64,000 nt of DNA from an uncultured Spirochaetota bacterium (GTDB taxonomy: Bacteria; Spirochaetota; Spirochaetia; SZUA-6; CAVTHK01): positions 259,660 to 323,659 of the forward strand of contig CAVTHK010000003.1 in NCBI GenBank assembly GCA_963734495.1, given 5' to 3'. This document shows positions 31,366 to 41,974 of this stretch, one piece after another (position 1 is the stretch's first letter; every line of letters starts with the position of its first letter). The position numbers were made by a program, and so were the translations under genes. Under the pieces are notes generated by a model that was given only the letters and a program-made list of their open reading frames with translations, did no database searches and was not told where the DNA came from.

Positions 31366-33067
31366 GCCACGTCTCGTAGAGCTTCTGGATGTCGGGGTTG
31401 AGGTGGCTCTTGCGCAGCGTCTTGCCCTCGTCCTCGCGGTAGATCGCAGCGATGCGGGCCTTGCGCACCTCATCGGTGGTAAAGCGCGGCTGGCCGCCGC
31501 CGCCGATGCAGCCGCCGGGGCAGGTCATCACTTCGACAAAGTGGTACTGGCCGGCGCCGCTCTTGATCCTCTCCATCAGGATCCGGGCGTTTCCCAGGCC
31601 GTGGGCGACCGCGGTCCGCAGCTCGACCCCTTCGAGGAAGCGCCAGTCGGGAAGCGTCCCTTCGAGCCTGATCGCCGCCTCCTTGACCCCCTGCAGCCCC
31701 TCGAGCGGCGTGACGTGGAGGCCGCCGACCGGGATCTCGCGGCCGGTCACCAGCTCGTACGCGGTGCGCAGCGCCGCCTCCATGACTCCGCCGGTATTGG
31801 CAAAGATGTCGGCCGCGCCGGTGGAGAGGCCGAGCGGGGCGTCCATCTGGTCGTCGGGGAGCGAGACGAAATCGATGCCGGCCCCGTCGATCATCTGGGC
31901 GAGCTCGCGCGTCGTGAGCACGTAGTCGACGTCCTGCTGGCCGCTTGCGTTCATCTCGGGCCGCTGCGCCTCGAACTTCTTGGCCGTGCACGGCATGACC
32001 GAGACCACGACGATGTCCTCGGCCCGCCTGCCGATCTGCTCGGCGTAGAAGGTCTTGGCCAGGGCGCCGAACATCTGCTGCGGGCTCTTGCAGGTCGAGA
32101 GGTTCGGCAGGTACTCCGGGTAGAAGTGCTCGGTGTACTTGATCCAGCCCGGCGAGCAGCTCGTGAACTGGGGGAGAGCCACCGGGCGCTTCTCGACGAG
32201 GGCTTTCTTGAGCCTCATCAGGAGCTCGGTGCCCTCCTCGACGATCGTGAGGTCGGCCGTGAAGTTGGTGTCGAAGACCTTGGCGAAGCCGAGCCGCCGC
32301 AGGGCGGAGACCATCTTGCCGGTGACCAGCGTGCCGGGCGGGAGCCCGAAGCACTCCCCGAGGGCGGCGCGGATGGCGGGCGCGGTCTGCACGATGACCA
32401 CCTTCTTCGGGTCCTCCAGGGCGCGGAAGACGCCGTCGGCGTGGCTGGACTCCACGATCGCGCCGACGGGGCAGACCGCCGCGCACTGCCCGCACTGCAC
32501 GCAGGCGACGTCGGCGAGGTTCGCCGCAAAGGCGGGCGCCACCTGGGTGCGGTAGCCGCGGTACTGCGGGAAGAGGGCGCCCACGCCCTGCACGTCGTTG
32601 CACGCGGTCACGCACCGGCGGCACTTGATGCACTTGCCGGAGTCGCGGGAAAGAGCCGGCGTGCTGCGGTCGAGCCGCACCGCGGCCTTCTCGCCCGTGT
32701 AGCGGATGTCGCGAATCCCGAGCTGGTGGGCGAGCGCCTTGAGCTCGCAGTCCTCGCTCCGGTCGCAGGTCTGGCAGTCGCCTTCGTGCTCCGACAGCAG
32801 CAGCTCGACCACCGTGCGGCGCGCGTTGCGGACGCGGCCCGTGTTGGTGCGCACCTTCATGCCGTCGGAGGCGGGGGTGGCGCAGGCGGCCGAGAGGGTC
32901 TTGGCCCCCTCGACCTCCACGACGCACACGCGGCAGGCTCCGAGGGGCGCGCGCCCCTCGAGGTGGCAGAGGGTGGGGATGTGGACCCCGGCATCCGTGG
33001 CAGCCTGGAGGATGGTCGCGCCGGGGGCGACTTTCGTTTCTCTGTCGTTGATCGTGACGCTAATCAT
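31295..33067 (-). CDS. hydA: [FeFe]-hydrogenase-like large subunit, M3 architecture (HydA/HndD type) with variant L1 motif
   Basis: Intact 590 aa. It has a 2Fe-2S ferredoxin N-terminus, HEGDCQTCDRSEDC and two ferredoxin CxxCxxCxxxCP motifs. L1 is FTSCSPGW (canonical TSCCPxW), L2 is VMPCTAKKFE, and L3 is EVMTCPGGCIGGGGQP. Confidence 0.85.
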   Translation of the reverse strand: MISVTINDRETKVAPGATILQAATDAGVHIPTLCHLEGRAPLGACRVCVVEVEGAKTLSAACATPASDGMKVRTNTGRVRNARRTVVELLLSEHEGDCQTCDRSEDCELKALAHQLGIRDIRYTGEKAAVRLDRSTPALSRDSGKCIKCRRCVTACNDVQGVGALFPQYRGYRTQVAPAFAANLADVACVQCGQCAAVCPVGAIVESSHADGVFRALEDPKKVVIVQTAPAIRAALGECFGLPPGTLVTGKMVSALRRLGFAKVFDTNFTADLTIVEEGTELLMRLKKALVEKRPVALPQFTSCSPGWIKYTEHFYPEYLPNLSTCKSPQQMFGALAKTFYAEQIGRRAEDIVVVSVMPCTAKKFEAQRPEMNASGQQDVDYVLTTRELAQMIDGAGIDFVSLPDDQMDAPLGLSTGAADIFANTGGVMEAALRTAYELVTGREIPVGGLHVTPLEGLQGVKEAAIRLEGTLPDWRFLEGVELRTAVAHGLGNARILMERIKSGAGQYHFVEVMTCPGGCIGGGGQPRFTTDEVRKARIAAIYREDEGKTLRKSHLNPDIQKLYETWLKEPLGERSHHLLHTHYAARSRL

Positions 33068-36000
33068 CGGCTGGCTCCTTGGGGTACTGCGGGGGCTGCG
33101 TGCGCCGAGGCGGCCGAGCGGCGCGGCCGCGGCGCACCTGCTCGAGGGTGAGCTCGGGCGGCGTGATCACCGTCTTCCCGAAGTCGCAGCGCAGGCACCG
33201 GCACGCCTGCTTGAGCGCCACGGCCTCGTTCCACGGGAGCTCGACCTCGTCGAAGTTGTGCCTTCGGCGCTCGACGGCGATCGAGGGCATCTTCTCCCTC
33301 GGCGTGGCCACCGGGTCGGCCTCGGGGTCGAAGAACGTGTCCTCCGTCCTCTCCGTGCGCCAGAAGGCGTTGTAGCCTCCGCTCAGGTACAGGTCCATGG
33401 CGACCGCGGCGCGTTCGCCCCCGGCGATCGCTTCGACGACCGACGACGGGCCGCTGGCCGCGTCGCCGCCGGCGAAGACCCAGTCCAGGGACGTCTGGCC
33501 GGTGACCGGATCGGCGGAGATGAAGCCGTCGTCGGTGAGCGCCACCGCCGCCCCGCCGAGGATCTGCCGCGCGTCCAGCCTCTGGCCGATCGCCGCGATC
33601 ACCTGGTCGGCCTCGACCTCGAGCTCGGCCGCGCTCGCCTTGGCGCGCCTGCGGCCGCTCCTGTCGAATTCGCCGAGCGACATGGTGACGCAGCGCAGGC
33701 CCGTGATCTTCCTGCCGCGGTCGCGCAGGACCGCGACCGGCTGCGTGAGCGTCATCAGCTCCACGCCTTCCTGCAGCGCCTCGTCGATCTCTTCGGCATA
33801 CGCCGGCATCTGCTCGCGGGTGCGGCGGTAGAGGACGGTGACCTTTTCCGCCCCGAGGCGCAGCGCCGTGCGCGCAGCGTCGATGGCGGCGTTTCCGCCG
33901 CCGATGATCGCGACCTTGCGCCCGACTTCGCACGGAGCCGCGGATGTTGTACTGCTTGAGGAACGGGACGGCCTGGACGACGCCCGGGCCCTCGGCGCCT
34001 TCGATGTCGAGCTCGATGCCTTCGGGCGCACCCACCCCGAGGAAGACGCTCTCGTAGCCCCAGTTCTTGAGGTCGGCGAGGGTAAAGTCGGCGCCGAGCC
34101 TTCGGCCGGTCTCGATGTCGACGCCCATGCGCTCGATCATGCGGATCTCGCGGGCCATGGTCTCGCGGGGCAGGCGGTAGGCGGGGATCGTCTGGGTGAG
34201 CATCCCGCCGGGCGCGGATCTCCGCCTCGAAGACCTTGGGCTTGTAGCCCAGACGGGCGAGGAAGTAGGCGCATGCGAGGCCGCCGCGGCCCCGCGCCCA
34301 CGATGGCGATCTTGCGCGCGGCGTTCGCCGCGTTCTCCCGCACCTCGGGGAGCTGAATGGTCACCTCCTGGTCGACCATGAAGCGCTTGATCGCCGCGGA
34401 CGGAGACCGGCGCGTCCAGCGACGTGCGGCGGCACTTGTCCTCGCAGGTGTGGAAACAGACGCGGCCGCAGACGGCGGCGAACGGGTTGCGCTCGCGGTG
34501 CAGCTTGAGCGCCTCGGCGTAGCGCTTCTCGGCAACCAGCGAGACGAAGCCCGGCACGTTGACCCCCGCGGGGCAGGCGCTCTGGCAGGGCGCGCGCACG
34601 AGCGAGGGGCAGACGCCCGCTTCGCAGTGGCGGTCCCGGATGTGCTGCTCGTACTCGTGGCGGAAGTGCCGTATGGTGGAGAGCACCGGGTTGGGCGCGG
34701 TCTGGCCGAGGCCGCAGAGCGCCGTCTCCTTGATCTGCTGGCCGAGCTCGACCAGCCGGTCGATGTCCTCCATGTGCCCCTTGCCCGCGCAGATCCGCTC
34801 GAGGATCTCGAGCATCCGCTTGGTGCCCACGCGGCAGGGGACGCACTTGCCGCACGACTCGTCCTGGACGAACTCCAGGAAGAAGCGCGCGACGTCGACC
34901 ATGCACGTGTCGTCGTCCATGACGATGAGCCCGCCCGAGCCCATGATCGCACCGAGCTCGGTGAGGGTCTTGTAGTCGAGCGGGACGTTGAGGTGCTCCT
35001 TGGAGATGCAGCCGCCCGACGGACCCCCGACCTGGGCGGCTTTGAAGGTCTTGCTCCCCTTGATGCCGCCGCCCACGTCGTAGATGAGCTCGCCGAGAGG
35101 CGTGCCGATCGGGACCTCGACCAGCCCGGTGTTGTTGACCGCGCCGGCGAGGGCGAAGACCTTGGTGCCCTTGCTGTCCGCGCTGCCCATGGAAGCGTAC
35201 CAGGCGGCGCCGTTGAGGATGATGGCGGGGACGTTGTTGTAGGTCTCTACGTTGTTCAGGACGGTCGGCCTGCCGCGCAGGCCCTTCTGCGCCGGGAACG
35301 GCGGGCGCGGCCGAGGCTCGCCGCGCTTGCCCTCGATCGAGGCCATGAGCGCGGTCTCCTCGCCGCAGACAAAGGCGCCGGAGCCCATGCGGATCGCGAG
35401 GTCGAAGGAGAAGCCGGTCCCGAGGATGTCCTCGCCGAGGAGCCCCCGCTCGCGCGCCTGCTTGAGCGCCGCGTCGAGCCGCTCGACCGCGAGCGGGTAC
35501 TCGGCCCGCACGTAGATGTACCCGCGGCTCGCCCCGATCGCGAAGGCGCCGATGACCATGCCTTCGATGACGCTGTGGGGGTCGCCCTCGAGGACGCTGC
35601 GGTTCATGAACGCGCCAGGGTCGCCTTCGTCGGCGTTGCAGAGGATGTACTTCTGTCCGTCCTCGGAGGCCGCCTTGCGCGTGAAGTCCCACTTCATCCA
35701 GGTGGGGAAACCGGCGCCGCCCCGGCCGCGAAGGCCCGACCGCTTGATCTCGTCGATGACCGTTTCGGGGGTCATCTGGGAGAGCACCTTGGCGAGGGCC
35801 TGGTAGCCGTCGTTGCCGATGTAGTCCTCGATGTCGAGCGGGTCGATGCGGCCGCAGTTGCGCAGCACCACCTTGGTCTGCCTGCGGAAATACTCCAGGT
35901 CCCGCTCGGTGCGCAGCTGGGCGTCGCCGTCGATCATCGTTTCCAGGACCTCGGGCACCCTGTCCTCGGTGACCCCTTCGAACCAGGCGCCGCTGGGCTG

Positions 36001-36315
36001 GAAGACCATGACCGGTCCCTTGGCGCACGGCCCGAGGCAGCCGGTCTGCACGATGCGGGCCTTGGCGCCGCGCGCCTCGAGCTCCTTTTCGAGCGCGGCC
36101 TTGACCTTGAGCGCGCCCGAAGCGAGGCAGCCGCCGCCGGTGCAGAGCCGGATCTCCATCTCGGCGGCCCGCGCGTCGCGCGCCTCCTGGACTCTCTTGC
36201 GGACGGTGTCGAGCTCCTCGATCGAGCCGATCCTGGCGGGCCCGGCCGTCCGGCTGGTCGCCTGGCCGACCTTGACCTTCACCTTGGTTTCCTTTCCGCC
36301 TTCGCCGAACTTCAT
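33060..36315 (-). pseudogene. hydB: NuoF-like flavoprotein (HydB) fused to a GltD/NfnB-like NAD(P)H:FAD oxidoreductase module; four +1 breaks between 33930 and 34400
   Basis: The ATG at 36315 overlaps the hydC stop (ATGA). The NuoF part has [23 protein letters not shown] and ESCGKCVPCRVG. The GltD part has APCQSACPAGVNVPGF, NPFAAVCGRVC, KIAIVGAGP, then AGLACAYFLARLGY, PGGMLTQTIPAYRLP, VAIIGGGNAAIDAA and FAGGDAASGPSSVVEAIAGG. The stop at 33060 overlaps the hydA start. Confidence 0.8.
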
Positions 36316-36848
36316 GCCTTCTCCTCCCCCTGCTCGGCCTGGGTGAGCAGCTCGCGCACGCGCGCAGGCTTGACCCGCTGGTGGACCTCGTCGTTGACCA
36401 TGACGGCGGGGGCGAGGCCGCACGCTCCGAAGCAGCGGCCGATCTCGAGCGAGAACTGGCGGTCGGGCGTCGTCTGCCCGACCTCGATGTGCAGCGTGTC
36501 CTGAAGGGACTTCAGCACGTCCTTGCCGCCGCGCACGTAGCAGGCCGTGCCGAGGCAGACCCGCACGAGGTTCTTGCCGCGCGGAACGGTGGAGAAGTAG
36601 GAGTAGAAGGTCACCACCCCGGTGACTTCGCTGTAGGGCTTCTCGAGCCTGAGCGCGATGTGCTTGAGCACGCACGCGGGCAGGTACCCGAGCAGGTCCT
36701 GGGCCTTCTGGAGCACGGGGATCAGGGCGCTGTCCGGATCGGGGAACTCGTCGATGACGCGATCCAGGATCGCCAGCTGTTCGTCGGCGATCCGTTCCGC
36801 TTCCTGCGGCGAGGGATTCGCGACTCCGGGATGCACGGCCTGGCTCAT
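36312..36848 (-). CDS. hydC: NuoE-like 2Fe-2S thioredoxin-fold subunit (HydC)
   Basis: VCLGTACYVRGG and CFGACGLAPAVMVND. The ATG at 36848 has AGGAGG 5 nt upstream. Confidence 0.85.
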   Translation of the reverse strand: MSQAVHPGVANPSPQEAERIADEQLAILDRVIDEFPDPDSALIPVLQKAQDLLGYLPACVLKHIALRLEKPYSEVTGVVTFYSYFSTVPRGKNLVRVCLGTACYVRGGKDVLKSLQDTLHIEVGQTTPDRQFSLEIGRCFGACGLAPAVMVNDEVHQRVKPARVRELLTQAEQGEEKA

Positions 36849-36924
36849 GAACACCTCCTAAGGCTTCGCGGGGGGCCCCCAGATCGCCTGCCTCACGGCT
36901 ACCGGGGCCCTTTTCCCCCGACGC

Positions 36925-37100
36925 ATATGGATTTAATGCTCCACATGCTCATTTATTAGCTGACCTTTACCGATTGAATGTCACAATACTCTATTTAAGA
37001 GTGTTATAGCGCGCACAAAAAGCCTTCTTGTCACATCAATGATGCCACAGGCCTCTTTGTCGCGCAATCTATCACGTGTTATTGAGAGTGTCAAACATGT
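36925..37100. promoter_or_regulatory. AT-rich shared control region between the divergent hydCBA and hox operons, containing repeated heptamers and an imperfect palindrome
   Basis: AATACTCT-ATTTA-AGAGTGTT at 36985-37005. AGAGTGT at 36998 and 37085. GTGTTAT at 37001 and 37076. TGTCACA at 36979 and 37029. Confidence 0.4.
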
Positions 37101-37400
37101 TCCATGTCGCGGGGCGCGATGTCCGCGCTCCCGTGGCGTGAAGAGGAATGATGCGATTCCATGCTGCGCGCTGCGGCCGGAGCGGAGCAATTCGGGGAGA
37201 GTCGGGACGCCAAGCGCTGCCGCGGCTGCCTCGGTTTTGCGACTTGACGGCGCGCACGGTTGGGATACTCTGGGGACACGACGTGCGTTCGTTGCTGACC
37301 GCGGGTGCGCGCAGTGGGATGGCAGCGTGGGCGACGGCACCTCACTGATCGACAACGGCGCGACCAGGCGATGAACGGCTGAGACGTCATAGGAGGTCGC

Positions 37401-39168
37401 ATGAGCCAGGTCTGGAGCATCGCCGAAGTGACGGCCCGCTACGGGCGGGAGCGCGACAGGCTTCTGGACATCCTCCGTGAGGTTCAGGCCGAGCACGGGT
37501 TCGTCTCCGACGAGGCCGTGCGTGAGATCGCGCACGCCCTCGGCATCCACAAAGTCGAGGTGCACGACGCGGCGACGTTCTACAATTTCCTCTCGCGCAA
37601 GCCCAAAGGCCGCACGGTCATCCGCCTCGCCAAGGGCGTGGTGGAGCGGCAGCATGGCCTGGCCGAGGTGGCCGCCGCCTTCGAGCAGGCGGTGGGCGTG
37701 CGCTTCGGGGAGACCACCGCGGACGGCGCCATCAGCCTCGAGTACACGTCCTGCATCGGGATGAGCGACCAGCCGCCCTCGGCGCTCGTGGACGGCCAGG
37801 TCGTGGGAAGCATCCGGCCCGAAGAGGTCCCGGGCATGGTGGCGGAGCTCCGCGAGCACGGGCACCTCGCCCGCTCGCGCGTCGAAACCAACCTGGTGGT
37901 CGCAGGGGCGTGCATCTTCGCCCCCATGGAGCGGGGCCGCGCCATCCGCTCCGCGGTCAACATAACGCCCGACCAGGTGATCGCCGAGCTCAACCGCGCG
38001 AGACTGCGCGGGCGCGGCGGGGCCGGGTTCCCGACCGCGATGAAGTGGGACTTCTGCCGCAAGGCGCACGGCCGCGCCCACTACATCGTCTGCAACGCCG
38101 ACGAAGGCGAGCCGGGGACCTTCAAGGACCGCGTGATCTTCAGCCTGTCGCGCGACCTCGTGATCGAAGGGCATGACGGTCGCCGCCTACGCAATCGGCG
38201 CGAGCTTCGGCCTCCTGTACCTGCGCGGCGAGTACGCCTTTCTCCAGGAGCGCATCGAGGAGGTCCTCGCGCGGCGCAGGCACCAGGGTCTGCTGGGCAA
38301 TCACATCTGCGGCAAGGAAGGCTTCGACTTCGACATCCGCGTCCAGATGGGCGCGGGCGCGTACGTCTGCGGCGAGGAGTCGTCGCTGCTGGAGTCCGCG
38401 GAGGGCAAGCGCGGCGCCCCGCGCGACCGCCCGCCGTTCCCCGTGACCAAGGGCTACCTGGGCCAGCCCACGGCCGTCAACAACGCCGAGACGCTCTGCT
38501 GCGCGGCGCGGGTGCTGGAAAAGGGGGCCGGCTGGTTCTCCGGGATCGGCACCAGGGACTCGACGGGCACCAAGCTCTTCAGCGTCTCCGGCGACTGCAC
38601 GGCGCCCGGCGTCTACGAGCTGCAGTTCGGGCACGAGCGTCAACAAGCTGCTCGAGATGGTCGGCGCCGAGGACGTGCAGGCCGTGCAGGTCGGCGGGCC
38701 GTCGGGCGCCTGCGTCGCGCCCAAGGACTTCGGCCGCAGGCTCTGCTTCGAGGACCTGGCGACCGGCGGCTCCGTCATGGTGTTCGGCAAGGACCGGGAC
38801 CTGCTGCAGGCCGTGCGCGACTTCACCGAGTTCTTCGTCGAGGAGTCGTGCGGCTGGTGCGCCCCCTGCCGCGCCGGCACGACGCTGCTGCTGCGCATGC
38901 TCGAGCGGATCCAGGAGGGGCGGGCCACCCGCGCGGACCTGCACCAGATGGAAGACCTCGCCGCCACGGTGCAGGCACTGCAGCCGCTGCGGCCTGGGGC
39001 AGACCGCGCCCAACCCGTTCGTGACGACGCTGCGCAACTTCCCGGAGCTGTACCAGGCGCGCCTCGCGCCCCGAGGAGTACGTGCCCGCGCTCCGCCTGG
39101 AGGAGGCGCTCGCGGCGGGCGAGCGCGCCGCGGGCCGGCGCGCCGCGACCAGGGAGGCCGGCGAATGA
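37401..39168 (+). pseudogene. hoxF: NAD-reducing [NiFe]-hydrogenase diaphorase subunit HoxF (NuoE-like plus NuoF-like); four +1 breaks
   Basis: AGGAGG upstream of the [52 protein letters not shown]. Breaks near 38170, 38640, 38980 and 39075. The TGA overlaps the hoxU ATG (ATGA at 39165-39168). Confidence 0.8.
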
Positions 39169-39880
39169 ACACCAAGGTCACCTTCGTGCTGGACGGCCGC
39201 GACGTCGAGGCCAAGCCGGGCCAGACGATCCTGGAGGCGGCGGACGCCGCGGGCATCTACATCCCGCGGCTGTGCTACCACGAGGACCTGCGTGCCCGGC
39301 GGCCACTGCCGGATCTGCTCGGTCAAGGTCAACGGGAAGGTCACCAACGCGTGCACCATGCCCGTCATGGACGGGATGGTGGTCGAGAAGCGACACGCCG
39401 GAGCTGACCGCTCACCGCAAGCGGATCGTCGAGATGCTCTTCGTGGAGGGCAATCACTTCTGCCCCATCTGCGAGAAGAGCGGCAGCTGCGAGCTGCAGG
39501 CGCTGGCGTACCGGTTCGGGATGACGGCGCCGACCTACCCGTACCTGCCGCGGCTCCGCGGCGGTGGACGCGAGCGCACCCCGACGTGTTCATCGACCGC
39601 AACCGCTGCGTGCTGTGCGGCCGGTGCGTGCGCGCCTCGCGCGACCGCGACCACAAGGGCGCTGTTCGGCTTCGAGGGCCGGGGCGTCTGCGCATGCGGG
39701 TCGTCGTGGATTCGCTCGACGGCCTCGGCGGCACGGCCCTGGTGCGCGAGGACGCGGCCGCCGCCATCTGCCCGACGGGCAGCATCGTCGTGAAGCGCGT
39801 CGGCTACGCGACGCCGTACGGCAGGCGGCACGTACGACAAGGCGCCGATCGGCTCGGAGATCGAGAAGAAGGGGTCCTGA
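39165..39880 (+). pseudogene. hoxU: HoxU diaphorase iron-sulfur subunit (NuoG N-terminal-like); about 8 frame breaks
   Basis: [99 protein letters not shown]. Stop at 39878-39880. Confidence 0.7.
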
Positions 39881-39932
39881 GGCCGGCCGACGGCGCGACC
39901 GGCCCTGAGGCCGCACGAAAAGGGGGAACAGC

Positions 39933-40477
39933 ATGGCGGGCAAGCCCAAAGTCGCGACGTGTGCTCTGACGGGCTGCTTCGGGTGCCACATGTCGCTGCT
40001 GGACATCGACGAGCGCATCCTCGATCTGATCGAGCTCGTCGATTTCGACAAGTCGCCGATCGACGACATCAAGGAGCTCACGGGTCCCGTCGACATCGGG
40101 ATCATCGAGGGAGGCGTGTCCACCGAGGAGAACGTCGAGGTGCTGCGCTCGTTCCGCGAGCACTGCAAGGTGCTCGTGGCCATCGGCGAGTGCGCGCTCA
40201 CGGGCGGCGTCCCGTCGATGCGCAACCTCGTGCCGCCTGCAGGAGTGCCTCGAGGAGGCGTACCTGAAGGGGCCGACGGTCGTCGACGGCCGGATCCCCG
40301 ACGACCCGTCGCTTCCGCGTGATCCTCGACAGGGTCTATCCCTGCCACGAGGTGGTCAAGATCGACTACCTCCTTCCGGGCTGTCCTCCGTCGGCCGACG
40401 TGCTCTGGACGGCGCTCTCGGCCCTGCTCAAGGGCGAGGAGCCGAAGCTGAGCTACGAGCTGATCAAGTACGACTGA
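39933..40477 (+). pseudogene. hoxY: [NiFe]-hydrogenase small subunit HoxY; two +1 breaks (about 40235 and 40320)
   Basis: KVATCALTGCFGCHMSLLD, IGECALTGGVPSMRN, YLLPGCPPSADVLW. Ends ELIKYD with its stop at 40475-40477. Confidence 0.8.
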
Positions 40478-40491
40478 AGGGAGGCGCGCTC

Positions 40492-41974
40492 ATGAAGACC
40501 AACGGCAACGGCAAGCACAAGGGCACGGCGGGCGCGCAGGCCACCCGGAAGATCGTCATCAACCCCGTCACGCGCGTCGAGGGGCACGGCAAGGTCACCA
40601 TCCATCTCGACGCGAAGGGCGGCATCGACCAGGCCCGGTTCCACGTCGTCGAGTTCCGCGGGTTCGAGCGCTTCGTGCGCGGCCGGCTGTACTGGGAGGT
40701 GCCGGTCATCGTCCAGCGGCTCTGCGGCATCTGCCCGGTGAGCCACCTCCTGGCCGCGGCCAAGGCGATGGACGTCATCGTCGGCGCCGACCGGCTCACG
40801 CCGACCGCGGAAAAGATGCGGCGGCTGATGCACTACGGCCAGATCTACCAGTCGCACGCCCTGCACTTCTTCCACCTCGCGTCGCCCGACCTCCTGTTCG
40901 GCTTCGACGCGCCGCCGGCGACGCGCAACGTGATCGGCGTCGCGCGCGAGCACCCCGAGATCGCGACGAAGGCCGTGCTGATGCGCAAGTTCGGCCAGGA
41001 GATCATCAAGGCCACCGCGGGAAAGAAGATCCACGGCAACGGCGCGATCCCCGGCGGGATCAACAAGAACCTCTCGATCGAGGAGCGGGACATGCTCGCC
41101 GGCGGCATCGACGACGATGCTCGCCTGGGCGGTCGAGGGGCTCGAGCTCTACAAGGGGCTGTACACGCAAGGACATCGACGCGGCTCGCCTCGTTCGGGA
41201 GCTTCGAGAGCAATTTCGTGAGCATCGTGCGCGACGACGGGGCCTCGACCTCTACGACGGTCTGCTGCGGGCCAAGGATCCCGACGGCAAGATCATCTTC
41301 GACAAGGTGCAAGGCCGCCGACTACCTGGACGTGATCGCCGAGGAGGTGCGCGGCTGGAGCTACATGAAGTTCCCGTTCATCCGGCCCCTCGGCAAGGAG
41401 AAGGGGTGGTACCGCGTCGGACCGCTGGCGCGCATGAACAACTGCGACCGCATCGACACGCCGATCGCGGAGGCGGAGCGCAAGGAGTTCCTCGCGCTCG
41501 GAGGGAGGCCGCCCGGTCCACTCGACGATGGCCTACCACTGGGCGCGCCTGATCGAGCTGGTTCACTGCGCGGAGAAGATGAAGGAGCTGCTCGCGGACC
41601 CCGACCTCCAGGGGACGGACCTGGTGACGAGCGGCGAGCGGCGCGGCCGCGGGGTCGGCTGGATCGAGGCGCCGCGCGGCACGCTGTTCCATCACTACGA
41701 GGTCGACGATCACGACCAGGTGACGATGGCGAACCTGATCGTGTCGACGACCAACAACAACGAGCCCATGAACCAGGCGGTGCGCGCGGTCGCGCGAGAC
41801 CACCTCGCCGGGAAGGCCGAGATCACCGAGGGCCTGCTGAACGCGATCGAGGTCGCCATCCGGGCCTACGATCCGTGCCTGAGCTGCGCGACGCACGCGG
41901 TCGGCCGCATGCCGCTCGAGGTCGTGCTGCTCGGCTGCGACGGGCGGGAGATCTCGCGCGGGAGCAAGGGGTGA
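40492..41974 (+). pseudogene. hoxH: [NiFe]-hydrogenase large subunit HoxH; about 7 +1 breaks between 41115 and 41520
   Basis: The N-terminal Ni-ligand motif RLCGICPVSH and the C-terminal DPCLSCATH, followed by a 24-aa extension. Three successive +1 shifts within 41115-41180 were verified by hand translation. Confidence 0.85.

Noticed and set aside
30857-33151. 764-aa plus-strand ORF
   Set aside because: It is antisense to the intact hydA-like gene and overlaps the feoB tail out of frame. It is a GC shadow ORF.
37030-37050. Sigma54-like TGGCAT-N5-ATGT element on the minus strand upstream of hydCBA
   Set aside because: The -12 element is poor (GT instead of GC), and no sigma54 enhancer-binding protein is encoded in the window.
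36981-38174. 397-aa minus-strand ORF spanning the hyd/hox intergenic region
   Set aside because: It is antisense to hoxF and runs through the AT-rich control region. No motifs were recognised and its codon pattern is poor.
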